DNA of 64,000 nucleotides, from positions 11,763 through 75,762 of the forward strand of contig JAGWKU010000001.1 of assembly GCA_028873375.1 (NCBI GenBank), read 5' to 3'. The notes below the pieces were generated by a model. It was given only the letters and a program-made list of their open reading frames with translations, searched no databases and was not told the origin of the DNA. This DNA comes from Verrucomicrobiota bacterium. GTDB taxonomy: Bacteria > Chlamydiota > Chlamydiia > Chlamydiales > SM23-39. The translations under genes were made by a program, and so were the position numbers. Positions 1 through 10,500 of the stretch are shown piece after piece. Position 1 is the stretch's first letter, and the number at the start of each line of letters is the position of its first letter.

Positions 1-468
1 GCCGGGATCGTTCATCGCGTGGAACTAGAAACCATGTATGATTTTCTTTGGGGACTGGGAGCACGGGCGATTCTTTACGAGTGGGGGAATGTTTGTTTAG
101 GTGTTGGGGGGCGTTATGAGCAGTCGGATTACGGCCCTGTTTGGATGACGGTCGATGGGGCTGCTAAATCGGCCAATGGGACTCTTCTTCATTGGAGCGA
201 GTGGCAAATTGATCTCGCCATTTCTTATGCGATTGATATTTTTACTCCTTATTTAGGGGTGACTTATACCAATGCCAAGGCAACATTAGGAACCTTTACT
301 ATGGCTATTGCGGGGGACGACTCAGGGAATAATAGCTTCAAAAATCGAACTCCCGTAGGAGTTTGCATCGGATGCTCCTTAAGCACAAGTAAGTTTTTCA
401 TGCTCAACGTAGAAGGACGCCTCATTGACGAAGAAGCTGTTACTATTTCAGGCGACTTTAGGTTTTGA
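1..468 (+). CDS. MOMP-like outer membrane protein, C-terminal part (truncated by window start)
   Basis: Frame open from base 1; beta-strand-rich sequence ending in ...VTISGDFRF (C-terminal aromatic), similar in style to the following MOMP-like ORF. Confidence 0.55.
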   Translation, partial: AGIVHRVELETMYDFLWGLGARAILYEWGNVCLGVGGRYEQSDYGPVWMTVDGAAKSANGTLLHWSEWQIDLAISYAIDIFTPYLGVTYTNAKATLGTFTMAIAGDDSGNNSFKNRTPVGVCIGCSLSTSKFFMLNVEGRLIDEEAVTISGDFRF

Positions 469-1195
469 AATTCTTTTCTGCCTTTTCGCAAACAAAATCG
501 AGGCTGTTCCTGTTGGGAATCCCGCTTCGCCGGCCATTCTTCAGGAAGGAATTTTTCTCTCTGATGCAGGGTGGACTCAACCAAGGCTGGGCTTCCTCGA
601 AGATTTTACCCTCAATCATCCCTTAGCCGGTGACTCTCTTCACGCCGTTTCTGCCGAAGGTTTTTCGGCAGCTGGAGCCTTGATTTGGTCTCTTTTTGAA
701 AGGCTTGATCTCTCTCTTTTACTAGGAAGCGGGAACTATTATTTCCAGATGGTTCAAGGCGATGAGGCTCTTACAGCCCAAGTGAATGGAGGGTTGATTT
801 GGTATGGAGAGGCGAGGCTGGTCCTTTTAGAAGTAGAAGATACGACCTTCAGTGCCTTTGGAGAAGCTGGCGGATGGAATTGGATGAGAGGTCCTTTCTA
901 TATCGATAGTCACCCTGTTGCCAACAGAGCTGCTTTGAAAATGAGATTTTGGGAGGTCGGCGTAACGCTTTCTCAACAGGTGGGTCTCTTTTCTCCTTAC
1001 GGTGGAGTAGTTGTCATGCAATCTCGCTGGAAAATGTCGGAGACCAATACGGGGATCTATTACTTTCATCAAAAATATCCTGTCGGTCCATTGCTAGGCT
1101 GTACGATCAGCAAGTCTTCGAAAATTCTTTTAAATCTCGAGTGGCGTGGCTGGATAGAAAATGCGTTCACTCTTTCTGGCGAGTTGCGCTTTTAG
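425..1195 (+). CDS. Chlamydial MOMP-like porin family protein
   Basis: VPVGNPASPAILQEGIFLSDAGW matches the MOMP mature N-terminal pattern (xPVGNPAxPxLxxxG); ends ...FTLSGELRF. Apparent TTG start overlaps the upstream gene. Confidence 0.65.
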   Translation: MTKKLLLFQATLGFEILFCLFANKIEAVPVGNPASPAILQEGIFLSDAGWTQPRLGFLEDFTLNHPLAGDSLHAVSAEGFSAAGALIWSLFERLDLSLLLGSGNYYFQMVQGDEALTAQVNGGLIWYGEARLVLLEVEDTTFSAFGEAGGWNWMRGPFYIDSHPVANRAALKMRFWEVGVTLSQQVGLFSPYGGVVVMQSRWKMSETNTGIYYFHQKYPVGPLLGCTISKSSKILLNLEWRGWIENAFTLSGELRF

Positions 1196-1254
1196 CTTTT
1201 GCTTTTTAATTCGACAATCTCTTATCCTATTTAGGTTCATCAATAGGCTTTTTT

Positions 1255-2541
1255 ATGAATCGTTGGATTTTGTTCTCTGCTTCTTGTTTCACTTCCCTCC
1301 TTGCTGCTCAACAAGCCGCTATGCCTCTTCCTATGAATCAGGTGGCTCAAGTTGCCGATGTTCAATATCAAGAGAAACAAGAAGAAAGCGACATGGACGC
1401 CCTCCGTCGCTGGTTACAAGACAAACGTTTTATCAGCTTGAAAGAAACTGGTGGCGATCTCACGATCAGCGGAGAAGTTCGCACCGAATGCCAATACATC
1501 AATGAAAAATCAAAAGCGCAAGGTTCCTCTCAGTACATTCAACAAAGAGGCCAGGGATCTCCTTTAGATAAGCCGAATTTAGTATGGGACGTGGAATTCA
1601 ACTTGATTCTCGACTATCGCTCAGACCGCGCCTGGGCTGCAATGAAATTGGAATTCGATAACGACATGGGAACAAGAAGCGGAACGGTGAATAAGATCCG
1701 CTTAGAAAAGGCCTATCTTGGTGGACGCCTCATTGCGGGCGATACGCTGACCTGGGACGCCGAAATTGGCCGCCGTTATTTGTCTAATGCTTTCGATTCT
1801 AAAATCGAGTTTGGCTCTCTCTTTGATGGCTTGCTTTTCCGCTTTGGTAAGGCGTTTGAAGAGATTGGCGACTTCTATGCAAATCTGGCTGCTTTTCTCA
1901 TCGATGACCGAAACAATAGTTACGGCGAAGTGATGGAGTTAGGAGCGTTAGGTGTTGCTAATACAGGTCTTAACTTGAAATATTCGATCATTAATTGGTT
2001 CAAGCCTGGTATCGACTCAGACAACCCGAATCGATGGAGATTCCTTGTAAATCAATTTTTGGTCTCTTATCAGATGTATCCAGAATGGCTGGGCAAACGC
2101 TACATCAAGTTCTACGGAGCAGGCCTCTTTAACGCATTAGCTCAAGATGTAGTTCAGACTGGGTATAACAAACAGCAATCTGGTTGGTATCTCGGTACTT
2201 CGATTGGAGTTGTAAAAAAAGCGAGAGACTGGGCCGTCGATGTTAACTTTCAGTGGGTCCAAGCACAAGCGATTCCCGATGCCGATGTCTCCGGAATTGG
2301 TCGAGGAAATGCAGCAGGAGTCGGCTTCTATAGCAACCCTATTTCTGGCGGCGCTCCCACAACTCAATCAACAGCGGTAGGGAACTGCAATTATTACGGA
2401 ATGGAAATTGAAGCTCTCTATGCCTTTACCGACAATCTCACATTGCTTCAGAACCTCAAATGGGCCAACACGTTGGATACTGACATTGGACCTAATTTGA
2501 AATACAAGCAGTGGGAAATTGAGTTTATCTACGCTTTCTAA
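1255..2541 (+). CDS. Probable outer-membrane porin-like protein with signal peptide
   Basis: N-terminal signal (MNRWILFSASCFTSLLAAQQA), alternating beta-strand pattern, C-terminal ...YKQWEIEFIYAF. Confidence 0.5.
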   Translation: MNRWILFSASCFTSLLAAQQAAMPLPMNQVAQVADVQYQEKQEESDMDALRRWLQDKRFISLKETGGDLTISGEVRTECQYINEKSKAQGSSQYIQQRGQGSPLDKPNLVWDVEFNLILDYRSDRAWAAMKLEFDNDMGTRSGTVNKIRLEKAYLGGRLIAGDTLTWDAEIGRRYLSNAFDSKIEFGSLFDGLLFRFGKAFEEIGDFYANLAAFLIDDRNNSYGEVMELGALGVANTGLNLKYSIINWFKPGIDSDNPNRWRFLVNQFLVSYQMYPEWLGKRYIKFYGAGLFNALAQDVVQTGYNKQQSGWYLGTSIGVVKKARDWAVDVNFQWVQAQAIPDADVSGIGRGNAAGVGFYSNPISGGAPTTQSTAVGNCNYYGMEIEALYAFTDNLTLLQNLKWANTLDTDIGPNLKYKQWEIEFIYAF

Positions 2542-2555
2542 GAACCCAAATCATT

Positions 2556-2575
2556 CCCCGTCCTTTAGGGCGGGG
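2556..2575. terminator. Hairpin between convergent genes (ccccgtcc-ttta-gggcgggg)
   Basis: 8-bp stem with a UUUA loop just after the porin-like ORF stop and before the convergent MFS stop; no strong T tract. Confidence 0.4.
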
Positions 2576-2590
2576 TTCATCTGGATAGGT

Positions 2591-4321
2591 TCAAGCTTCT
2601 TTCGAAAAATTGAGCGCGATCTGTTTTTGATACCACTTGAAAAAGAGGAATCGTTTGGAGATCCGCTCTTTTTTTCCATGTACAAAAGCAATCGAATAGT
2701 TCATTTTTACAAACGCTTTTTTGTACATTTCGATCATTTCACGACTATCTGTCCGTCGATGAAGAAAGAGGCAAACTGAGTTATTCTTGGCTTGAAATTT
2801 TTCAATTTGATCAAAGAGCTTTCTAAGAGCGCGGCGCTCTCTGAGTTCTGGTGGCACAATTCGAATGGAATCGATGAAGCCATTGACCCAGGGAAATTTC
2901 TTGAAATAAGCATCTGGCAGTAAGATTTTTAAATTAGGCAGACACGAAGAAAGTAGAATCGCATCCCACCATGAGTTGCTTTGCAAGACGACCAATGTAG
3001 AAAGAGGTGGGATTGGAGAAGTGAGAATCAGTCGCCGAAATCTTTTCAAAATTTTCTTCACGAAGAAGGGAAAAAAAAGGGAAGAGAGGCGACCTGCCAT
3101 GATCAAATTGATGAAGAAAGCAAAGATGCCCATTAAAAAGAAACCGCTAGAAGCCGAAAACCCCAATTCTTCGCTGATAAAATAAAGGCAGAAAGCAGCC
3201 ATCAACACACCAAGAAAACTACAGAAATTCGCTGTAGCGATCACTTGTCCTCGTTTTTCATCTGGGCTGTGAACCTGGATGAATGCATCAAAAGGGATCA
3301 AATAAGCACCCCCAAACATTCCCAACAAACCGAGCCAGATAATGGTCATGATGAGAGAAGAAGAGGTCAAGTGAAGGGCCATGAGGAAAAGAGCGAGAAA
3401 AAAACCTGCAATGCAAGAAAGGCCTGGTTCTACTTTGTCTTTGGAAAGCTGGCCTGCCAATACAGCTCCTATAGCAATTCCCACTGCGGTCGAAAGAAAG
3501 AGATACCCTCCGCCTACTTCGCTCAAATTGAGTGATTGCATCGCAAAAGGGATGATGTTTAATTGCGTAAACGCTCCACAAAAGAGAAAAAAGGAAGTTC
3601 CAAAGATTGCTGGCAGTAGATGGGGAATTTGCCAGCTCATTCGCAACGTGTCATAAATTTCGTAAAGGAAAAAAGGATTGATCTTTTTAGGAGAATTTTG
3701 AGGGGCAGTGCGACCGATTCCTAGAGAGGCGACAAGACCTGCCACCGCAATGAGAACGCAAAAAATAGCCTCCAGAATAAAATTTTTATCCGTGATGTCG
3801 ACTATGAAAGAGGCCAAAAAAGTGCCTAAAATAATCGCCAGATATGTCAAAGAGGTCATCGAGGCGTTGGCTTTAGAGACCATTTTCGATTCTACCAGCT
3901 CAGGAATGACGCCATACTTAGAGGGGCCAAAAAGAGCGCTTTGGGCGGCCATGAAAAAAAGGGCCGTATAGGTGCCGATATGAGATTCAAAATAAACAGC
4001 GGCCAATCCAAATACCATAATGAGCAGCTCGAGAATTTTGGCAAATACGATGATCGTTCGCTTACTGATCCGATCTGCTAAAACACCTGCTCCGGCAGAA
4101 AAGAGAAGAAAAGGAATTACAAAGATTGCGCCCGCTAAAGAGAGAATTGTATTAGCGGAAGCGGGACCTTCTATATTGATGAGAAAATAAATAACGAGAA
4201 GTTTGAAAATATTATCATTGAGAGCGCCCAAAAATTGCGTCACATTCAAAAGATAAAAAGAGCGATAATCGGTATGAAAGAACCAACGCAATGCCGCCTC
4301 TTTTTTTATTTTAGGGCTCAA
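2591..4321 (-). CDS. MFS transporter, LplT/lysophospholipid-transporter-like, with extra C-terminal domain
   Basis: FLGALNDNIFKLLVIYFL, SAGAGVLADRISKRTIIVFAK and GPSKYGVIPELV are typical of LplT/Aas-type MFS; C-terminal ~150 aa resembles a reduced acyltransferase-like region. Confidence 0.7.
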   Translation of the reverse strand: MSPKIKKEAALRWFFHTDYRSFYLLNVTQFLGALNDNIFKLLVIYFLINIEGPASANTILSLAGAIFVIPFLLFSAGAGVLADRISKRTIIVFAKILELLIMVFGLAAVYFESHIGTYTALFFMAAQSALFGPSKYGVIPELVESKMVSKANASMTSLTYLAIILGTFLASFIVDITDKNFILEAIFCVLIAVAGLVASLGIGRTAPQNSPKKINPFFLYEIYDTLRMSWQIPHLLPAIFGTSFFLFCGAFTQLNIIPFAMQSLNLSEVGGGYLFLSTAVGIAIGAVLAGQLSKDKVEPGLSCIAGFFLALFLMALHLTSSSLIMTIIWLGLLGMFGGAYLIPFDAFIQVHSPDEKRGQVIATANFCSFLGVLMAAFCLYFISEELGFSASSGFFLMGIFAFFINLIMAGRLSSLFFPFFVKKILKRFRRLILTSPIPPLSTLVVLQSNSWWDAILLSSCLPNLKILLPDAYFKKFPWVNGFIDSIRIVPPELRERRALRKLFDQIEKFQAKNNSVCLFLHRRTDSREMIEMYKKAFVKMNYSIAFVHGKKERISKRFLFFKWYQKQIALNFSKEA

Positions 4322-4339
4322 TCAAAGTTAAAGATATCT

Positions 4340-4520
4340 GAGGCAGTTGCAAAACTCATTTGACCGTTAAAACCGCCCTTTTGAGGCCATTTGCGTCCAT
4401 TCTCCTCAGTCGGCCCGCTTGGGCTGACCTCGTCAAATGGACCGTGGTGGCTTTGCCACCACTCGCAAATGACCTCAAAATCATCGATTTTCCCGGGCAA
4501 AGCAGTTTTGCAACTGCCTC
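4340..4520. repeat. MITE-like long imperfect palindrome with 16-bp perfect terminal inverted repeats
   Basis: gaggcagttgcaaaac (4340-4355) is the exact reverse complement of gttttgcaactgcctc (4505-4520); internal arms also pair (ttttgaggccatttgcg vs ttttgaggtcatttgcg). Confidence 0.75.
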
Positions 4521-4606
4521 GTCTTTGTAGATTATCCGCTCTCTCGAGCATTTTCAATAGGAATGATTTGCTTTCGCATGCTAAATTTTGCCATACTCCA
4601 TCTTTT

Positions 4607-7564
4607 ATGTCGGAGCAGATTCTTCTCTTTAGTCATTCTCTCGATCAATTGGTTGATGAGCTAGCAAATCAGCTGGCCCTCACTACTCTTTTTTCGTCTC
4701 CTTTGATCATCATTCCCCACCTTTCCATGAAAGAATGGCTACAAATCGAGCTTGCTAAGCGGGCAAAAAATCGAGGAGTAGCTGCGCTCCATTTTGCTAC
4801 TTGGCAGCAAGGAATTCAACGGTTGACAGAGCCATTGCCAACTCCAAGTCGGGCTGAATTATTTGCGGCGATTTGGATAGCCTTAAAAGAGGAGCCGCCT
4901 ATTCAGTGCCAACCTTTTTTAGCGACTCAGCGAAAAATGCTCGATTTTGCAAATCGCTTGGCCGCTGAATTTTGGGAAGGCAGCTTGTATGGGTTCGTAC
5001 AAGAAGAGAGTTGGCAGAAACTTTTTTTTGATAAAATTTTCAAAATCCATCACTGGCTACCTCTTTATCTTGCAATAGAACAAGCGCCAATCGATGATTC
5101 AACACCTCTTTTTCTCTTTGGAATCGATTTTTTGCCTTCCGCCGTGCATCAATTTTTTTGGAAGCATCCAACCTTGAATGTCTTTCGCTTTTCTCCCTGC
5201 GCTATGTTTTGGGAAGACATTCGCTCAGTTTCTGAACAGAAATCCATCTTGCGCCAATGGAAACGGAAAAGGGTCTCATTGAACCGTTTAGAGTCGCTCG
5301 AGGGATTGCTTCGCGAAGGTCAACCACTTCTTGCTAACTGGGGTTTTATCGGTCGCAAAATGTTGGGACAACCTATCGAAGAAGAGGTTCAAGTTTTTGA
5401 AAATTATGAACTTAGAGACAAATGTAAAGCGGCTTTACATTTAATTCAGGAAGATTTTTTGTTACTGCAAACGAGAGAATCAACCCCTTTAGATGACTCG
5501 ATTCAATTGATCCAGGCGGGAGCTTCTAAACTGCGCGAAATCGAACTGCTTCGGGATGAGGTGATCCGTTTAGCGGCTAACGGCTTCTCTTTCTCTGAAG
5601 TGCGGGTTTATGCGCCTGACATCGATGTATATGCCCCTCTGATCCAATTTGTGTTTAGTGATCCTATTCAGTCCATTCCGTTTCGCATTGCGGGACTTAA
5701 CCTCTCTTGTCAAAGCCCCTTTTATCAAGCGCTCACTCGTTTATTTGACTGTGTAACCGGTCGATGGAGTGCGAAGGATTTGCTCGTCCTTTTCGAGAAT
5801 CCCTCTTTTGCTTGTAAAGCCAGTTGGAAAGAGGAGGATTTAGAGCAATTGCGCTCGTGGGTTGAGTATGCGCATGTTCGCTGGGGAATCGATGGGGCTC
5901 ATAGAAATGAGATTGGAGCTGAAAATGTCGAAGCTCCCACTTCTTCTTTAGGTAGTTGGGAAGAAGGTTTTGATCGCTTGATCGATGGATGGCTCTTTTT
6001 GCGTCCGGAGCGCGAGGATTTTATCCAGTGGAGCAATGCTGATTTATTTCAACATTTCTGCAATGTATTCCATGGATTGCGGAGCACGCTGGCTCCTTGG
6101 AAAAGAGAGCGCTCATTGAAAGAGTGGGCCGATGAAATTTCTGAATTAGCGACTGCCTACCTTGTTTTAAACGAGGACTTGGAATCAGATACAGCGGCGC
6201 ACAAGGATTTCTTTCGTTTTTTAGAAACTCTGCGTCATGCCCAAGAGGCCTTTCCTAATCAGACATTTCCCTTTTCGTGGGTTCGAACTTTGTTCTCTCC
6301 TTCTACTCTAGGTACCCAGGGAAGATCTCTTTTGCATGGCGTTTCATTTGCCTCTCTTGAACCAGGTGCTGTTTTGCCTGCTCGGGCTCTATTTTTGATT
6401 GGTTTAGATGAAGAGAGCTTTCCTCGAGCACCCTCTTTTCTCCGCTCTACAGAGGCGCCGCAGCAAAATCAATGGGATCGCTATCTATTTTTAGAAGCAG
6501 TATTCGCAGCCAAAGAGCGGCTGATTTTTAGTTATTGCCACCGCTCTAAAGAGGATGGTAAAGCCGTCAGTCCTTCTCTTCTGATTCAAGAGCTTTATAG
6601 CTATTTGAATGCCTCTTTACCGGAGGTAGCTCCTCCCGCGTCTTCGATTGATCCGCGTTGCTTTACAGGAAATGGCGCCTCTCTTTCTGATTACCACGTC
6701 GCTCAAGCAGCTCTCTCACCAACTCCTCATGCTCTGTTTTCTAATATGGAGAAAGTGCCAGACGAGGCGATGCCTTCTCATGCAACGCTGACTCTCGGAG
6801 AGCTCAATCGTTTCATGAGGCATCCGTGGCAGAATTATTTACAGGAAATCGTCGGCCTAGAATTCAAAGAAGAGAGCGAATCAGAATGGAAAGACTTTGA
6901 ATTTTCTCCTCTTTTTCAACATCGCTTCCTTCAAAAAGCTTTGCAAGGTCAACCAATAGAAACAGGATTTCCATTGGGGCTTTTGGGAGAAGAGGCAAAA
7001 CGTTCGATGGAAGAGAAGGTTCGTGAATACAAAGCTCGCTTGCGAGAATGGAATATCTCTTCGATGAGCGAAAGAAAGGGAAAGCTAGTTTTGAAATGGG
7101 AAACATCCACCATTCGCTTGATTGGATCTGCTTCATTGGCAGTACCAGATGGCTTGCTTTACATTGGCGACGATTCGATTCGAGGAATGCTTCGGAGGTG
7201 GCCTGAACTTCTTTTTAGTTTAGCATACAGTGAGACCCGTCGTATTTATTGTATGCGGAGCGGTCGAGTGAGAGAAGTAATAGAACCGCTTTCTTCCCTC
7301 CAGGCGATTGTAGAACTCTATTATCGATGCCGTTTTTTACCTCTTTTTTTACATCCCGATTGGGCCGATGAATTGCTACGCAAAGGAGTCTCTCCCGATC
7401 GAGACTGTGACGATCCTCTTCTCGAATGGACTTTGGAAAGAAGCTCCTCGTTTGATTTGCAAAAAGAACAAATTACTTGGAGAGAAACGTTAGAAAAGAC
7501 CTTCACCTCTTTGATTTCTTTATTCCCCACTCGAAAATCGAGAGGTGCTCATGCAGAAGTTTGA
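4607..7564 (+). CDS. recC: Exodeoxyribonuclease V gamma subunit RecC
   Basis: MSEQILLFSHSLDQLVDELANQL...IIPHLSMKEWLQIELAKR...; adjacent to recB and recD. The tracked ORF start (4391) lies inside the palindromic element, so ATG 4607 is preferred. Confidence 0.9.
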   Translation: MSEQILLFSHSLDQLVDELANQLALTTLFSSPLIIIPHLSMKEWLQIELAKRAKNRGVAALHFATWQQGIQRLTEPLPTPSRAELFAAIWIALKEEPPIQCQPFLATQRKMLDFANRLAAEFWEGSLYGFVQEESWQKLFFDKIFKIHHWLPLYLAIEQAPIDDSTPLFLFGIDFLPSAVHQFFWKHPTLNVFRFSPCAMFWEDIRSVSEQKSILRQWKRKRVSLNRLESLEGLLREGQPLLANWGFIGRKMLGQPIEEEVQVFENYELRDKCKAALHLIQEDFLLLQTRESTPLDDSIQLIQAGASKLREIELLRDEVIRLAANGFSFSEVRVYAPDIDVYAPLIQFVFSDPIQSIPFRIAGLNLSCQSPFYQALTRLFDCVTGRWSAKDLLVLFENPSFACKASWKEEDLEQLRSWVEYAHVRWGIDGAHRNEIGAENVEAPTSSLGSWEEGFDRLIDGWLFLRPEREDFIQWSNADLFQHFCNVFHGLRSTLAPWKRERSLKEWADEISELATAYLVLNEDLESDTAAHKDFFRFLETLRHAQEAFPNQTFPFSWVRTLFSPSTLGTQGRSLLHGVSFASLEPGAVLPARALFLIGLDEESFPRAPSFLRSTEAPQQNQWDRYLFLEAVFAAKERLIFSYCHRSKEDGKAVSPSLLIQELYSYLNASLPEVAPPASSIDPRCFTGNGASLSDYHVAQAALSPTPHALFSNMEKVPDEAMPSHATLTLGELNRFMRHPWQNYLQEIVGLEFKEESESEWKDFEFSPLFQHRFLQKALQGQPIETGFPLGLLGEEAKRSMEEKVREYKARLREWNISSMSERKGKLVLKWETSTIRLIGSASLAVPDGLLYIGDDSIRGMLRRWPELLFSLAYSETRRIYCMRSGRVREVIEPLSSLQAIVELYYRCRFLPLFLHPDWADELLRKGVSPDRDCDDPLLEWTLERSSSFDLQKEQITWRETLEKTFTSLISLFPTRKSRGAHAEV
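5420..5442. repeat. Palindrome AAATGTAAAGC-G-GCTTTACATTT (inside recC)
   Basis: Perfect 11+1+11 palindrome, coding KCKAALHL. Confidence 0.95.
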
Positions 7565-10500
7565 TTGCCTTGCAGCCTCGACTCCTGTACTCGGCCCCCA
7601 TTTTCTCGAAGCTTCTGCAGGCACAGGAAAAACCTTTGCGGTCGAACACATCGTTGCGCGGCTTCTGCTGCATGAATCTCCCATGGAACTGGAACAGATT
7701 CTCGTTGTTACGTTTACTCGGGCGGCGGCTCGCGAACTCAAATTGAGGATTCGTTCTAATATAGAGCGGATTGCTCGCGGCCAACTGGTCCCATGGGAAT
7801 ATTTAGCCGCATGCAAGGACCCCTCGTCTGTTCGACAGCGGATGAGCGATGCTTTGGCCGCGTTTGATCGGTGTCAGATCTATACCATTCACGGTTTTTG
7901 CTCTCGGATGCTTCGCGAGTTTTCCTTTGAGGCTGGGATTGGCTTTACATGGAAGGAATCTTTTTCCTCTCCTCGGCTTTTAGCGGCTTTACAAGACTTT
8001 TTTGAGATGAAGCTGTCTAAGGAAGTCGTCAGTCCCGAGCAACTGGGCATTGTTGTTCGATGGGCAGGATCGGTGGAAGAATTGGGTCGCAAGCTCAAAA
8101 AAGCGGCCAAGATAGTGCCTGCAAAATTTTTTCGCGATCGAGAGGAAGAGTTTGCTGCTCTGTTGCAAAGCCGATCTCCTGAAGAATTGATTTCTCTAGC
8201 TCAAGAATTCGAAGCAGTAAAGTCGCTGTACAAAGCTGAAGTGAAAGGAGACTTTAAAGGACAGATAGAAGTTCTGAGCTCGTTCGATTGGGAAGCTGCA
8301 TTTCGAGAGTTGATTCGGCATAAAGGGACTCTTTTTCTCTATCTTGCCCCAGAGAATCGAAAAGTAAATGCAAAGGGATCTATGCCTCATCCTTTTTTCG
8401 ATTGGGGCCGGAAAACCTTATTGCCTCTGATCGAATCGGCGGCAGATCCTCAAGAAATTTTCCAACAGCTTCTTGCGGTTTGGAAACCCATTGAATTTCG
8501 GATTGCACAGGAAGAGGGGATTTTAAATCCCGATCAATTGCTGAGCACTATGGGTTCTGCTATCCAGCAAGAAACTTTTCGAAACAGTGTGCGAGGAAAA
8601 TATCGAGCCGTTCTCATCGATGAATTCCAAGACACCGACCCGATCCAGTGGGATATTTTCCAGGCCTTGTTTCTTCACCAAGTAGAGGCTCTTTATTTGA
8701 TCGGCGATCCCAAACAATCCATTTACCGGTTCCGACAAGCTGATCTCTATACCTATTTAAAAGCAAAAGAGACGATTGCTCCTCATTGTCACTTCCACCT
8801 AGATACCAATTTTCGTTCTTCCAAAGAATTGATTGGGGCTTTGAATCTCCTCTTTGATCGGGAGTGGCTTAAGTTGCCAAAAGAAGGGCGCACACTCCCC
8901 TATCTTCCTGTGCGGGCAGGTTTAGACCTTTCAACTGACTTTAAAGATGGGAAGGGAGCGATCCATTGCCTCTTGTTTCAAGAAGAAATTTCGGAGCTTT
9001 TCCCCTATCTTGTGCAGGAAATTAGAAATCTGAGAGACCAAGTTGTTTCGCTGAGCTCGTTTGCCGTATTGGTCAAAGATCGATACCAAGCAGCCGCTGT
9101 GCAGCAGGCGCTTGCCATTGCTGGAATTTCGAGTATGGCTAAGAGCCAAGAACCTCTTTCTGAAACGCTCGCTTTTGAAGCGATGGAAGAGTTGTTTGAA
9201 GCTCTTCGGGAGCCAAGACATTTAGGGAAAGCGAAGGTTGTTTTAGCAGGCCCTTTTGGAAGATATGCTGCAGAAGAACTACAACGGGTGGAAGAATCTC
9301 CTTTCGTAGAACTGCGGGCTATTCTGGAAGAGAAAGGATGGACAGCGGCTTGCCAAGCCTTTTTAAAAATGCGCTCCAAAGGGAAGACAGTCCAAGAAAA
9401 CATGGCTTTACAAGGCCGCTCCTTCTATGCCGATTGCCACCAAGTCTTTGAAGTTCTTTTAGATTGGGAGCGAAGAGAGGGCTTTTCCTTTGAGGGATTG
9501 GGTCGATTCTTTGATTCTCTTCATCGGATGGATCCTGAAGAAGCGCCTTGCCAGAGGAAAGATTCTGATGCGGAGGCCGTCCAAATCATGACAATGCATG
9601 TGAGCAAGGGGCTGGAATTTGATGTGGTATTTGCATTGGGCTTGGGAACGAGAACTCCAGAGTGTGATGTAGAGGCAGAGGCAGAAAAATTAAGACAGTT
9701 ATATGTAGCGACTACTAGAGCTAAACGGCGGCTTTACATCCCGATCCCTACGAGCTTGAAAAAAGCAGAAATGGGGACTCATGCCCCCATTGAGCTCTTT
9801 TGTGAAACATTGGGATCTTGGAAGGAAGAGCTTCGCCGTTTATCAGGAGAGGCGAGTTTGTCGATCGAAGAATTGCCCTCTCTGGTTGCCGTAACTCCTC
9901 CCTTTCATTTTACTCCTTCTCTTGTTCCTCCTGCCTTCCAGTTACCCTCGGTATCACCTTCCTATCTTCTCTCTTTCACGGCGCTGGCAAAAGAAACTTC
10001 TCTCAAACCTCTGGCTTCTATCGCTGACCCACAAGGAAATTATACAATTCATAATTTACCGAGAGGTCCAGAAACAGGAGTCGTTCTCCACGCGCTTTTT
10101 GAATGGATCTATCAAGAAAAGCAAGCTTGGAAATCTCCTGAACGAATCCAAGAAATCGTAGAGCAAGATCTTCCGGCTCTCTTTTCTCCGTGGAAAAAAG
10201 CGATTCTCCAAATGATCGAAGAGACGCTTACTTTCCGTTTGCCTATGGGGTTTTGCTTGCGCGATGTAAAGCCAGGAAATGTCCTCGTTGAAACAGAGTT
10301 TGTCTTTCAATCGCAGAAGAATTTTCTGACGGGATTCATTGATCTTTTGTTTATTCATGAGGAGAAGGTATATTTCGTTGATTGGAAGACGAATTGGCTT
10401 GGCGAAGATGCAAGCCATTATTCAGAGCCAGAGTTAAAAGCAGCCATTGCTGCGCATCAGTATGACTTGCAAGCTCGCATTTATAGAGAAGCATTAGAAC

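Noticed and set aside
4391-4606. N-terminal extension of recC suggested by the ORF track (MRPFSSVGPLG...)
   Set aside because: This stretch lies largely inside the 4340-4520 palindromic element and the leader. A RecC-like N-terminus begins at ATG 4607.
7943-9750. Several half-sites (GGCTTTACA) in recB and elsewhere
   Set aside because: Single arms without an inverted partner are short enough to arise by chance or from Gly/Ala-Leu-Tyr/Thr codons, so I did not count them as copies of the palindrome.
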